A stretch of 64,000 nt of DNA, from contig CBDASK010000003.1 of assembly GCA_965199495.1 (NCBI GenBank), positions 3,712,001-3,776,000 of the forward strand, read 5' to 3'. The DNA comes from Abditibacterium sp. (GTDB lineage: Bacteria; Armatimonadota; Abditibacteriia; Abditibacteriales; Abditibacteriaceae). Positions 10,663 through 19,982 of the stretch are shown piece after piece. Every line of letters begins with the position of its first letter. Within the stretch, counting starts at the first letter, position 1. The translations under genes and the position numbers were made by a program. The notes under the pieces are model-generated. The model was not told the origin of the DNA. It saw only the letters and a program-made list of their open reading frames with translations, and did not search any database.

Positions 10663-11224
10663 TGCCGTTTTCGACATCGCACTTGTCATCGGGGAAGAGC
10701 GCGACAGGCAAAACGTGATGCGCTTGCAACTGCGTTTCGCTTCCGCAAATGCGGCAACAGCCGTCTCTCTCCAAAACGGCTCGCGCCCATTCTTTGCCAC
10801 TGCGCCGTTGTCGAAAGCCGCTTTGACTGCGTCCGTTGACATAATTGGGATTGCCCGCGCCACAATGCCGCTTCGCTATAATCGCCGCTTGAGCGCGCCG
10901 TCCCGCTCCGGCGCGCGAACACTGCGGGCAATAGCCGTAGCGGTTTTCATTGGTTTTGAACGGGGCGTCACACACGCGGCACCCCTGCCACTTGATAGTT
11001 GAGCGAGCAATGGTTCGGTCAATGGCAAACAAAACGCCTTCCCATCGGCGAACAGTGCGCGCATCGCGGCCCAGATAAAGCGCGGCCTGCCCGTAAGAAG
11101 CCACAACTTTGAACGGCATTGCTTCCATATTTGCTAAGTGTTGGCGGCACGTCGCGCAGCAAAACGCTTGAGGCGTCCGCTTGCCACACCAACCGCACGC
11201 CAGCGTGCCATTTGTCTGTCTCAT
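10391..11224 (-). CDS. Zinc-finger HNH endonuclease (putative homing endonuclease), antisense within the split-intein element
   Basis: VLERDGCCRICGS..LQAHHVLP..FPDDKCDVENGITLCCFHHTELH HNH core; N-terminal CxxC pairs; GAGNPNY motif before the HNH domain. Confidence 0.85.
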   Translation of the reverse strand: MRQTNGTLACGWCGKRTPQAFCCATCRQHLANMEAMPFKVVASYGQAALYLGRDARTVRRWEGVLFAIDRTIARSTIKWQGCRVCDAPFKTNENRYGYCPQCSRAGAGRRAQAAIIAKRHCGAGNPNYVNGRSQSGFRQRRSGKEWARAVLERDGCCRICGSETQLQAHHVLPVALFPDDKCDVENGITLCCFHHTELHRLELDLRLLPSLYASKADALPLHEALGRQDQFRELRLLPAKPTRKRELLRVVPKNYRKRLLRLHPRFARRELGLVASK

Positions 11225-12104
11225 GTTGAAATTCCGAAAAATTCAATCCATCCGCCGCGTGAGCGAACCACAAACCGTTTACAACTTTCATGTCCCCGGC
11301 CCGCAGTCGTATCTGGCCAATGGAATTGTAACCCATAACTGTTATGTCGCTCGTCGCAAAGGCCATGCTAACCCGATTACGACGTTCGTCAACATCGAAC
11401 AAATGACGAAATATCTGGCGCGTCACGCGATGCGTCAGGGCGAAAAAAGGGCAGCCACGCCCGCCGACGACAAATTATGGGTTTACGAAATTGGCTGCAA
11501 CTCCGACACTTCGATTGATGCGGCGATTTCGGATAACGTGCGCGATTTTGTCGAACTGTTTAGGACGTTGCCCAACGCCAAAGGCACTTTCGCCACCAAG
11601 TGGGTCAACCGCGCGATGTTCGATTACGACCCGCAACGCAAAACGCGCGTAAGGTTTTCCCTCATGCCCCAGCGCATGGCGAAGTTAGTTGACGTTCGCA
11701 CTTCGCCAATTAGCGAGCGCATCGCGGCGATGAACGATTTTTACGAAGCGGGCTACGAAGTCAATGTCAACTTTTCGCCGGTCGTCATCGAAGACGGTTG
11801 GTTGGAGGCTTACGACGAACTGTGGGACGAAATGAACGACGTTTTGCGGCCCGAAGTGAAAGCCGATTTGGTGGCCGAAGTGATTTTCCTGACGCATCAC
11901 GCCGGTTTGCACGAAGTCAATTTGCAGTGGCATCCGCGCGCCGAAGCCGTCTTGTGGCAACCCGCAATGCAGGAGCGCAAAATCTCGCAGGGCGGCGGTA
12001 TCAACGTGCGTTACAAAGTGAGTTTGAAGCAGCCTTTGGTCGCGCAGTTCGTGGCGCGAATGCGCGCTAAGTTGCCGGAGTGTCGCGTGCGTTACGCGTT
12101 TTGA
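11223..12104 (+). CDS. splB: Split intein C-part (39 aa, 11223-11339) fused to SPL-family C-extein (254 aa)
   Basis: MLKFRKIQSIRRVSEPQTVYNFHVPGPQSYLANGIVTHN|CYVARRKGHANPITTFVN...VYEIGCNSD...FATKWVN...RVRFSLMP...CRVRYAF; blocks F/G with terminal His-Asn and +1 Cys. Confidence 0.9.
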   Translation: MLKFRKIQSIRRVSEPQTVYNFHVPGPQSYLANGIVTHNCYVARRKGHANPITTFVNIEQMTKYLARHAMRQGEKRAATPADDKLWVYEIGCNSDTSIDAAISDNVRDFVELFRTLPNAKGTFATKWVNRAMFDYDPQRKTRVRFSLMPQRMAKLVDVRTSPISERIAAMNDFYEAGYEVNVNFSPVVIEDGWLEAYDELWDEMNDVLRPEVKADLVAEVIFLTHHAGLHEVNLQWHPRAEAVLWQPAMQERKISQGGGINVRYKVSLKQPLVAQFVARMRAKLPECRVRYAF

Positions 12105-13015
12105 GCGGGTTTATTCGCCATGACTTCGACTGCGCGCGGCACGATTTCAAATGTCATCGGCGCCGTGCCGATTAACTCGCCATCCACCAAAATTGGCCAA
12201 TTGCGGTCACACCACAGTTCCACTTTGCGAGCGCGACGCATAACCACGCGCGGATGATGAACGTGCGCGCCCCGAAACACGCCGGGGAAAGCGCGCGCAA
12301 ATTCCATTTTGCTTGCGTCTTGAATCACGCAAATATCGAATAATCCGTCATCTAACTGCGCGTCGGGCGCGACTTGCATTCCGCCGCCATACGATTTCGC
12401 GTTCGCCACGGCACATAAAAGCGCGCACGTATCGAGCAGTTCGCCATCCAATCTCAGGCGCAGGCGCGCGGGACGCAGACGTTGCAGTTCGAGTGTCGCC
12501 GCCGCCAGATATGCAGCCACGCCGCTGATGTGTTTCCAAACCGGATGCGTGCGCCCGGCGTTGATGCGGCGCGCGACGAGGGAATCGAAGCCGCAACCGG
12601 CGATGTTGAGGAACAATCGCGATTGCTCGCCGTGTTGACCGTAAGTCGCGCGCCCGATGTCAATGGTTCGGCTGTGCCCGCCAAATAAAATCTGAATCGC
12701 GCTGTCTAAGTCGTTGCCAATTCCCAGCGTGCGAGCGAAGTCGTTGCCGGTGCCCAACGGCAAAACGCCCAATTTGGTCTTTGTTCCATGAACCGCGTTC
12801 AAGACCTCGCCCATCGTTCCGTCGCCGCCCGCCGCCGCCACGATGTCGGCGCCGTGGCTGATAGCGACGCGCGCCAACGCGCGCACCTCGGACGGCGATT
12901 TAGTTTCGATGATTTCAAACGCCAAATCGCCCGCGTATCGCGCGATTTGTTCGTGCAATGCGGCGCGCGACACGCGACCACGTCCGGCGGCGGGATTGAA
13001 AATAATGGCGAGCAT
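12092..13015 (-). CDS. Diacylglycerol/lipid kinase family protein (YegS/BmrU-like)
   Basis: NPAAG, AAGGDGT, LPLGTGNDFAR, YGGGM, DDGLFD, VDGE motifs. Confidence 0.9.
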   Translation of the reverse strand: MLAIIFNPAAGRGRVSRAALHEQIARYAGDLAFEIIETKSPSEVRALARVAISHGADIVAAAGGDGTMGEVLNAVHGTKTKLGVLPLGTGNDFARTLGIGNDLDSAIQILFGGHSRTIDIGRATYGQHGEQSRLFLNIAGCGFDSLVARRINAGRTHPVWKHISGVAAYLAAATLELQRLRPARLRLRLDGELLDTCALLCAVANAKSYGGGMQVAPDAQLDDGLFDICVIQDASKMEFARAFPGVFRGAHVHHPRVVMRRARKVELWCDRNWPILVDGELIGTAPMTFEIVPRAVEVMANKPAQNA

Positions 13016-13033
13016 GGGAAATAATAAACAATA

Positions 13034-13068
13034 AAAGTCAGCTCATCCGCGCGAATGAGCTGACTTTT
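13034..13068. terminator. Intrinsic terminator hairpin
   Basis: AAAGTCAGCTCAT-ccgcgcga-ATGAGCTGACTTTT. Confidence 0.6.
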
Positions 13069-13083
13069 ACTTTTTGTCCTTGT

Positions 13084-13677
13084 TTAAACCGTCTGCATCG
13101 GCGCGAGTTTCATCGAGCCGCCGTTGACGCCACTGATGCGATATTCCATCGTCGTTTTGCCTTTGTTGTCGGTGACTTTCTCTTTGATCATCGAGTAAAG
13201 CGCGGCGATTTGCACATCGTCATCGCCAGTAATCACCATCTGAATTTGCAATCGCGGCCCGTCAATGCGCGCGTCGCCCCACTTGACATCTTTGTAATGG
13301 GCGAACTGCGGATACGTTCCTTTAATCATCGCCTCAAACTGCTCGGTCGAGCCAATGACCTGTTTCAGCCCGCTCGCCTGATACTTTTCGGCGGCTTTGT
13401 AGTCGTCGGCTTTGAACGCTTCGAGTTGCGCCACGATAACTTTCTGCGCCGCCTGCTTTTCGGCTGCGGGCGCGACTTTCCAGTTGGCGGGCGTCTCGTC
13501 TTGTTCCTGCGCTTGAGCGATTTTCATTTCGGGCGCGATGGGCATGGCGGGCGTTAGGTTCTGAGACCAGAACCACGCGCCCGCGCCAAAGATAACTCCG
13601 GCGATGAGGATTTCGGGCAAAAAGTTCTTTTTACCTTTGCGTTGTGGATTTTGTGGCGTGGGAAATTCAGTGGGCAT
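13084..13677 (-). CDS. Membrane-anchored DUF4864-like protein
   Basis: N-terminal TM; VIVAQLEAFKADDY..A..F..MIKGTYP..YRISGV pattern; start moved to ATG 13677. Confidence 0.6.
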   Translation of the reverse strand: MPTEFPTPQNPQRKGKKNFLPEILIAGVIFGAGAWFWSQNLTPAMPIAPEMKIAQAQEQDETPANWKVAPAAEKQAAQKVIVAQLEAFKADDYKAAEKYQASGLKQVIGSTEQFEAMIKGTYPQFAHYKDVKWGDARIDGPRLQIQMVITGDDDVQIAALYSMIKEKVTDNKGKTTMEYRISGVNGGSMKLAPMQTV

Positions 13678-13728
13678 AATAATCAAATTCTTATCACAAT
13701 TGGTGCCGCGTGGCCAGCGAAACACACT

Positions 13729-14721
13729 TCAAAACAACGACAGTTGGCGCGCCGAACTTTCGATTTTAGCTTCTGCCAACGGCGCCGCGTCCAAGCCCAA
13801 ATCGCGCAATTCGGCGGCGAACTCCGACGCGTATCCGTGCGTCGTCCAGACCTGCGAGGCGCCAGTTTGCCGCACGTATTCGTGCAAATCGGCATGGTCG
13901 GCATGATCCGATAAGGCAAACGCGGCGTCTGTGCCAAAGCGCGAGGGATGAGAATTCTGCGCCCAACCCGAAATATAGGCCGTGCGCACGCGTTGTCGCC
14001 GCGTGAAATCGTCCCACCAACGCCCGCGCTGGCACTGCGACGCGCATAGCAAGACGCCCTCGACATCTTCAAATTGTTCGTGGCGCTTATATTCGGGAAA
14101 TCGCACGCCGTGTCGCGCATAGACATCCGAAATTTGCGCGTGTTTCAGGTGCAATGTCACCGACAAATCGGCGTCGCACAATCCGGCCAAAATCTCCTGT
14201 CCTTTGCCCAGCGAATAGCAAAATAAAACCGGCGTTTCGCCATTATTCAAAGTTTGGCGACACCAATCCGCAATCTGGCCGACGACGTGGCTGCTCGAAT
14301 CGAACCGGTAGCGCGGCAAACCAAACGTCGTTTCCATCACCACAATATCGGCGCGCGGCACCTCGATTGGTTCGCTCGAAAAACCCGGTTTGAGCTTGAA
14401 ATCGCCCGAATACAGCAACCGCACGCCGTCGGCTTCGACCAACATTTGCGACGAACCCAGAACGTGACCGGCGGGCAAGAGCGAAACCTGTGCGCGGCCC
14501 CAATTGAACGGCTCACCCCATTGCAAATGGTGAAACTGCGATTTGGTCGCGCCGCGCACGCGCATCATGGCGGCGGTGGCGGGCGAACAAAACACGCGCC
14601 CGTGCCGCTTCATGTGGTCGGCGTGCGCGTGCGAAACAAACGCGGCCTCTTGCGCGCGGTGCGGGTCGAGCCACAACTTGTGCTGCGGCAGGTAAACCCC
14701 GTTTTTATCCAAGACAATCAT
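13729..14721 (-). CDS. MBL-fold/beta-CASP nuclease (ligase-associated DNA damage exonuclease-like)
   Basis: SHAHADH, PAGHVLGS, YSGDFK, METTFG, YSLGKGQE, LSDHADH, THG motifs. Confidence 0.85.
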   Translation of the reverse strand: MIVLDKNGVYLPQHKLWLDPHRAQEAAFVSHAHADHMKRHGRVFCSPATAAMMRVRGATKSQFHHLQWGEPFNWGRAQVSLLPAGHVLGSSQMLVEADGVRLLYSGDFKLKPGFSSEPIEVPRADIVVMETTFGLPRYRFDSSSHVVGQIADWCRQTLNNGETPVLFCYSLGKGQEILAGLCDADLSVTLHLKHAQISDVYARHGVRFPEYKRHEQFEDVEGVLLCASQCQRGRWWDDFTRRQRVRTAYISGWAQNSHPSRFGTDAAFALSDHADHADLHEYVRQTGASQVWTTHGYASEFAAELRDLGLDAAPLAEAKIESSARQLSLF

Positions 14722-14814
14722 TGTTTCATCCAGACGAATGAAACGAAAGTGAGTGCCGGTTTATGATGGAGAGCGACTTCATCACGGCGCGCATTTTGTA
14801 GAATTAAACGTTCT

Positions 14815-16173
14815 ATGCGCTCCAAATCCAAACGCCGCGAAACCGATTCCAAATTGCTCGGCGCTCCCGTCACCACAGTTCCCATTGATCAATGCCACAC
14901 CATGCACGACGCGTTTATGGCGCTCCCGCGCGCCTGTGGCGCCTCGACCCAGAGCGCGGCTTATCAAATTTTGTATCGTGCCATCGTCGAAGAAGTGCCG
15001 CTCGTTCTGACGGTTTCGGGCATCGGCAGCTTGTCCAATCAGACGCGATTTTGGATTAATTCGATGATTCGCGCCGGATATATCGCGGCGATTTCGACGA
15101 CCGATGCCCTCGTTTATCATGACGGCCACGATGTCTTCGGCAAGAAGAAAAAGGACGGCACGCGCGCGCGGCCCGTGGTTTCGATTGACCCCAATGGCGA
15201 CGATGGCATTTACCGCGACAACCGCGTGATTCGCGTTTTCGATGTCGGTTTTCCCGAAGAAATTCTGGAAGACCAAGATCGCGTTTCGCGTTGGATGTTC
15301 GCGCAACCCGAATTTCAGCACCCAATGACGACGACCGAGCGCAATTATCGCATTGGCAAGTTGTATCACATGCTCGAAGAAGCGCGCGGCGTCGAACACG
15401 GCATGATGGCGACGGCCTATGAATACGGTGTGCCGGTTTTCGTCGGCGCGCCCGGCGACGGTTCGAACAGTTTGGGAATGTTGCCGCTGAAATTAAACGC
15501 CGAAATGGGCGGGCCGGAATTCAAATTTAATTACGATCCGTTGCAAGACGTGATGGAAAGTTGCGCCTATCACTTCTGGGGCTTGTTCACTAATCCAATT
15601 GGCGACTTGGGCATTTTGATTATGGGCGGCGGCGTGCCCAAGAACTTCGCTCTCCAACCCGAACCGAGTTTGCTGCAAAACTTTATGTTGGACAGCGGCA
15701 AATACGAAGTGCGCGGCTACAAATACGATTTGCAGATTACATCCGCGCCCGTCACCGACGGCAGTTTGAGTTCGTGTCCGCCCGCCGAAGCGGTTTCGTG
15801 GGGCAAAGTGGATCGCGATACGTTTCGCGAAACCACAACCAGCGTTTACGGCGATTACACGCAATTATTCTGGCCTTTGGCCTACGCGTTGTTCGAGCGT
15901 CGGCGCGGATTTATGGCGCAATACGAGGCGTTGTCGGATAAGAAACAAGCGAAAATGTTAGAAGAAAACGCCGAAGCGCGCGGCTTGATTCGGCCCGACG
16001 GCGCGCCGCGATTGTTCAATCAACGCAAACAGTTGATGAAAGATTTCGTCAAAGTCGCGGGCAGCAAGAAAAATCTGAAACGGATTCGCGGTTGGTTCGA
16101 GGAAAAGCCGCAACTGCTCGAAACGTTGGACAAATTGCGCGCGGCAGGCGCGTTAGATGTCGGCGAGTTATAG
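14815..16173 (+). CDS. Deoxyhypusine synthase-like protein (homospermidine synthase, SpeY-like)
   Basis: GAPGDGS, MGGGVPKNFALQPEP, DGSLSSCPPAEAVSWGKV with catalytic Lys. Confidence 0.8.
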   Translation: MRSKSKRRETDSKLLGAPVTTVPIDQCHTMHDAFMALPRACGASTQSAAYQILYRAIVEEVPLVLTVSGIGSLSNQTRFWINSMIRAGYIAAISTTDALVYHDGHDVFGKKKKDGTRARPVVSIDPNGDDGIYRDNRVIRVFDVGFPEEILEDQDRVSRWMFAQPEFQHPMTTTERNYRIGKLYHMLEEARGVEHGMMATAYEYGVPVFVGAPGDGSNSLGMLPLKLNAEMGGPEFKFNYDPLQDVMESCAYHFWGLFTNPIGDLGILIMGGGVPKNFALQPEPSLLQNFMLDSGKYEVRGYKYDLQITSAPVTDGSLSSCPPAEAVSWGKVDRDTFRETTTSVYGDYTQLFWPLAYALFERRRGFMAQYEALSDKKQAKMLEENAEARGLIRPDGAPRLFNQRKQLMKDFVKVAGSKKNLKRIRGWFEEKPQLLETLDKLRAAGALDVGEL

Positions 16174-16267
16174 AAACAAAAACAGCGGGGCTTGCGCCTC
16201 CTTCCAATCAAGTTTCTGCAATGCCAAAGATTGGAAGGAGGCGCAAGCCCCGCTGTTTTTGTTTCTA
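16171..16267. repeat. Long perfect inverted repeat between convergent genes (bidirectional terminator/REP-like)
   Basis: TAGAAACAAAAACAGCGGGGCTTGCGCCTCCTTCCAATC...GATTGGAAGGAGGCGCAAGCCCCGCTGTTTTTGTTTCTA; the arms include both TAG stops. Confidence 0.85.
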
Positions 16268-17647
16268 AACCACCGCCAATTCCATCAACACCCGCGACGG
16301 CGTGGCTGCTTGAATCGAACGCGTAGCCACGCCGGTGAAACCCCACAGAAATCCTTCGCGTGTTTCGACTTCGACCAGACTGCCGGGCGCGTATTGAGCA
16401 GGCGTGCCGGGAAAAATCACCAACTTGCTGCCGCGCGTGCGACCCGCCATTTTGGTGTCGTCTTTGTTGGAAAGCCCCTCGACCAAAACTTCGACGCGCC
16501 GACCGACTTGCGCCGTATTTTTATCGCGCGAAATAATCTGTTGCAAACCGATCAAGCGGTTCAAACGTTCTTTTTTGACTTCGGCGGGCACGTCGTCGGG
16601 CCAATCGAACGCGGTCGTCGAATGGCGCGGCGAGTAGGCGAACAGAAAGCCTTGATCGAACTGAATTTCGCGGAAGAAATCCAAAGTATTCTCGAACTCT
16701 TGGTCGGTCTCGCCACAGAAACCGGCGATGGCGTCGGTTGTCACCGTCACTTCGGGGATTTTCTCGCGGATGCTTTCGATAATGCCGCGATATTTATCGG
16801 TGGTATACGTGCGTTTCATGCGCCGCAAAACTGCGTCGTCGCCGCTTTGCAATGGCAAATGCAAATGCTCGCACACGCTCGGTAAGGCCGCGATGGTGTC
16901 CACCAAACGCGCGTTGAAATACATCGGATGCGGCGAGGTAAACCGAACGCGCAAATTCGGATTGATCTCGTTAATCGCTTCCAACAGCCACGCGAAATCA
17001 ATGCGCTGGCCGTCGTCGAGTTTGCCCAAATCGTGACCGTAAGCGTTGACGGTTTGGCCGAGCAGAGTAATCTCGCGATAACCCAAATCGCTCAAAGCGC
17101 GCACTTCGTCCAAAACTTCCGATGGGCGCCGCGAAACTTCGCCGCCGCGCGCCGACGGCACCGCGCAATAGGTGCAGTTGAAGTTGCAGCCGAAAATGAT
17201 GTTGACGAACGCCGAAATTGAGTTGGAACGGCGCACCGGCGTGACCGGCGTCGGGTCAACGTCCAAATCCAAACCGTCGGGGCGCGCGCCATTTTGGGCG
17301 CCGCGCACCAAAACTGGCAAATGATGCAAATTGCGCGGGCCGAGCAGAATATCGACTTCGGGCACGCGGCGCCGAATGTTTTGCGCCTCGCGCTGCGCCA
17401 TGCAACCAGCCACGCCGAGGATCAAGTCGGGTTTATCGGCTTTAAGTTGGCGAATAATGCCCAAATCCGAATACAATTTGTGTTCGGGCCGCTCGCGCAC
17501 CGCGCAGGTATTAATGAGAATGACATCGGCGCCCTCGGCGGTGTCGTGCGGCGCATAACCCAGATCGTCCAACATTCCGGCCATGCGCTCGGAATCGTGG
17601 ACGTTCATCTGGCAGCCGTAGGTTTGAATAAAGTAACGCGGTTTCAT
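16265..17647 (-). CDS. miaB: tRNA-2-methylthio-N6-dimethylallyladenosine synthase
   Basis: TYGCQMNVHDSE, INTCAVRE, GCNFNCTYC, HLPLQSG, C-terminal TRAM domain. Confidence 0.95.
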   Translation of the reverse strand: MKPRYFIQTYGCQMNVHDSERMAGMLDDLGYAPHDTAEGADVILINTCAVRERPEHKLYSDLGIIRQLKADKPDLILGVAGCMAQREAQNIRRRVPEVDILLGPRNLHHLPVLVRGAQNGARPDGLDLDVDPTPVTPVRRSNSISAFVNIIFGCNFNCTYCAVPSARGGEVSRRPSEVLDEVRALSDLGYREITLLGQTVNAYGHDLGKLDDGQRIDFAWLLEAINEINPNLRVRFTSPHPMYFNARLVDTIAALPSVCEHLHLPLQSGDDAVLRRMKRTYTTDKYRGIIESIREKIPEVTVTTDAIAGFCGETDQEFENTLDFFREIQFDQGFLFAYSPRHSTTAFDWPDDVPAEVKKERLNRLIGLQQIISRDKNTAQVGRRVEVLVEGLSNKDDTKMAGRTRGSKLVIFPGTPAQYAPGSLVEVETREGFLWGFTGVATRSIQAATPSRVLMELAVV

Positions 17648-17714
17648 TGGTTTTTGATGCGACTTAGTTTAAGCGGTTGGCGCGAAGAGCCGTTAGAATT
17701 GCGACTCACAAACA

Positions 17715-17751
17715 AAAAGCGGTTCGCACTTTATCAGTGCGAACCGCTTTT
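17715..17751 (-). terminator. Intrinsic terminator after degP
   Basis: AAAAGCGGTTCGCACT-ttatc-AGTGCGAACCGCTTTT. Confidence 0.7.
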
Positions 17752-17771
17752 AATTTCACGCGCAATTGAAA

Positions 17772-19475
17772 CTAATCGAGCGTGATGATAACGAAATTCG
17801 CGACGCCATCGCGTTCGACGCGGAGCGCGACCTGTTTGCTGTCACCAGTTTGCGTGCCCAGAATTCGCTTGATTTCCGCCGTCATTTCGGCGACGGTTTT
17901 CACTGGCTTCTGACCGACTTTGGTGACCACGTCGCCAGCCTGTAAACCGGCGTCGGCGGCAGGCGAGTCGTCAGCGACTTCGCTGATCGCGATGCCCGTC
18001 GTCGGCTTGATTTTCAAGGCGCGCGCCACGGCGGGGTTCAAATCGCGGGCTTTCAGTCCGGGAATCGGTAGGGCCGTGCCACCCTGAAGCACGCTGTTGT
18101 CGCCCGCGCCGTTATCGGGCGCCGCGTCCTCGGACGGAGCCGATTTCGCATCGGGCAACTCTTCGAGCGTCGCCTTGAGTTGAACCGGCTTGCCATCGCG
18201 CAAAACGGTCAAAGTCACTTGACTGCCAACCGGCGAGTTGCCGACGGCTTTTTGCAGTTCGCCCGATTCGGTCACTTTCTGGCCGTTGAACTCGATGATG
18301 ACATCGCCCGCTTTCAGGCCCGCTTTGGCGCCCGGCGTGTTCGGGTCGGTGATGGCCGCGACCAAAACGCCCTCGGTGTTGGGCGCCAATCCAAACGCCG
18401 CGCTCACGTCTTTGGCGTTTTGAATCGAAACGCCCAGATAACCGCGACGGACTTTGCCGTTTTTGGCCAGTTGCTCGGAAACAAAACGCGCCGTATTAAT
18501 CGGAATCGCGAAGCCAATGCCCTGATTGCCGCCGCTCTCCGAGTAAATCGCGTTGTTGATGCCGATGACGCGCCCGTAAATGTCGAGCAAAGGCCCGCCG
18601 GAGTTGCCGGGGTTGATCGAAGCGTCGGTCTGCAAATAATCGGTGCGCGTGTCTTCGCCGCCCAATCGCAGTTGGTTGCCATTGCGGTTGATCGCCGAAA
18701 TTACGCCAACTGTTAATGTGTGATCGAGGCCGAACGGGTTGCCCACGGCAATGGCCCACTCGCCCGAACGAACTTTATCGGAATCGCCCAGTTTCACCGT
18801 CGGCAAATTGGTGGCGTCAATTTTGACAACCGCGATGTCGGTGCGCTCGTCGCGTCCCACGACGCGCGCTTTAGGAAATTTGCGGCCATCGGACAAAGTG
18901 ACGGTCACGGTATCGGCGCCCTTAACGACGTGCGCATTGGTAAGAATCAGGCCATTGGAATCGTAGATCATGCCCGAACCCAAGCCACCGCCGCGACGCG
19001 ACTGCACCTGTTTAAAAGCGACTTCGGCTTTTTCGCGTAGCACGCGGCCCTGCCACGAATTTTCCTGAAAGCTCTGGTCTTGACCAAAGCCGAACTGCTT
19101 CTGGAACTGTTTGAAGAAATCGCGGAACTGCTGATCGGAGCCACCGCCGCCGTTGCCGCCGGGAGCGCCGCCACCAAAAGGCGAGGGGGCACCGGGCGCT
19201 TTGGAGGTATTGGAAACGCGCGCGCCCAAAGTTTCGATGGTGACGACGGCGGGTTCGACCGATTTGGCGACATCAACGAACGCGTTTTGCGTGGCGGCGG
19301 CGTCGCGCGTGGCCGGTGTTTCGACCGGTTTTTCGGTGACGGGAGCGGGAGCGGGAACAGTGCCCTGCGCATCAACAGTTTTGATGTCGCGCACGGCGTA
19401 GCCGGTTCCGACGGCGGCTAAAATGGCGCCCGCCTGCAAAATGCGGAGGGTGCGAGGAGATTTGAATGCTGACAT
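17772..19475 (-). CDS. degP: HtrA/DegP serine endoprotease with two PDZ domains
   Basis: LTNAHVV, TDIAVVK, QTDASINPGNSGGPL, two PDZ repeats, N-terminal signal/anchor. Confidence 0.92.
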   Translation of the reverse strand: MSAFKSPRTLRILQAGAILAAVGTGYAVRDIKTVDAQGTVPAPAPVTEKPVETPATRDAAATQNAFVDVAKSVEPAVVTIETLGARVSNTSKAPGAPSPFGGGAPGGNGGGGSDQQFRDFFKQFQKQFGFGQDQSFQENSWQGRVLREKAEVAFKQVQSRRGGGLGSGMIYDSNGLILTNAHVVKGADTVTVTLSDGRKFPKARVVGRDERTDIAVVKIDATNLPTVKLGDSDKVRSGEWAIAVGNPFGLDHTLTVGVISAINRNGNQLRLGGEDTRTDYLQTDASINPGNSGGPLLDIYGRVIGINNAIYSESGGNQGIGFAIPINTARFVSEQLAKNGKVRRGYLGVSIQNAKDVSAAFGLAPNTEGVLVAAITDPNTPGAKAGLKAGDVIIEFNGQKVTESGELQKAVGNSPVGSQVTLTVLRDGKPVQLKATLEELPDAKSAPSEDAAPDNGAGDNSVLQGGTALPIPGLKARDLNPAVARALKIKPTTGIAISEVADDSPAADAGLQAGDVVTKVGQKPVKTVAEMTAEIKRILGTQTGDSKQVALRVERDGVANFVIITLD

Positions 19476-19982
19476 AGGATTTTTCTCGTGATTTGGGAGC
19501 GTTACTGCGCTCTGAAACGCGCAAATTAACAGCCATCGAAGACCGCTATTGCAGCGTTGCCCTTATCTAAGAATTACGTTTTAGGACGTCTCCCCCTTGA
19601 GAGAGGTTTCTCACTGCGCGTGAACAAACCTCGCGAGGCGGTCAAGAAATGTTTCACTTTCGCGCGCGAAATAAGCGTTAATTTCCGGTAAAACACGCGC
19701 GATATTGCGAAAATTTAAGAGTTGTCAAAGTTCCGATCAATCGCAGTCCAACCAATGTCACTATCGCAAAAAGCGCGTTTTGAGGTCAGTGGGCGAAACC
19801 CTTGCTAAATCAAATTTGGGGTTCGCCTTCCAGTAATAATGCCGCAATGCCCGCGTTTCTTTGCCCACCGGGCGCTGTGGCTGCACGAATGGAGAACCTT
19901 TTGGCAAAACTGCGCGTCTTATACTGCGCGGTTTTATCCTCGCGATGAAATTCGAGCTGAAAGTTTGAGTCTGGAAAATACC

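Noticed and set aside
10628..11002. Plus-strand 124-aa ORF that might bridge IntN and IntC into one contiguous intein by frameshifting
   Set aside because: It ends at TGA 11000-11002, the IntC frame has a stop at 11169-11171, and it shows no endonuclease motifs; it is the antisense shadow of the HNH gene.
11181..11222. TTG start proposed by the ORF track for the IntC gene
   Set aside because: ATG 11223 gives a typical IntC N-terminus (MLKFRKI) and length; the extra residues are HNH antisense sequence.
19476..19982. 500-bp intergenic region checked for a riboswitch or ncRNA
   Set aside because: No recognisable RNA family motif or long stem found by eye; probably divergent promoters. An Rfam scan would be decisive.
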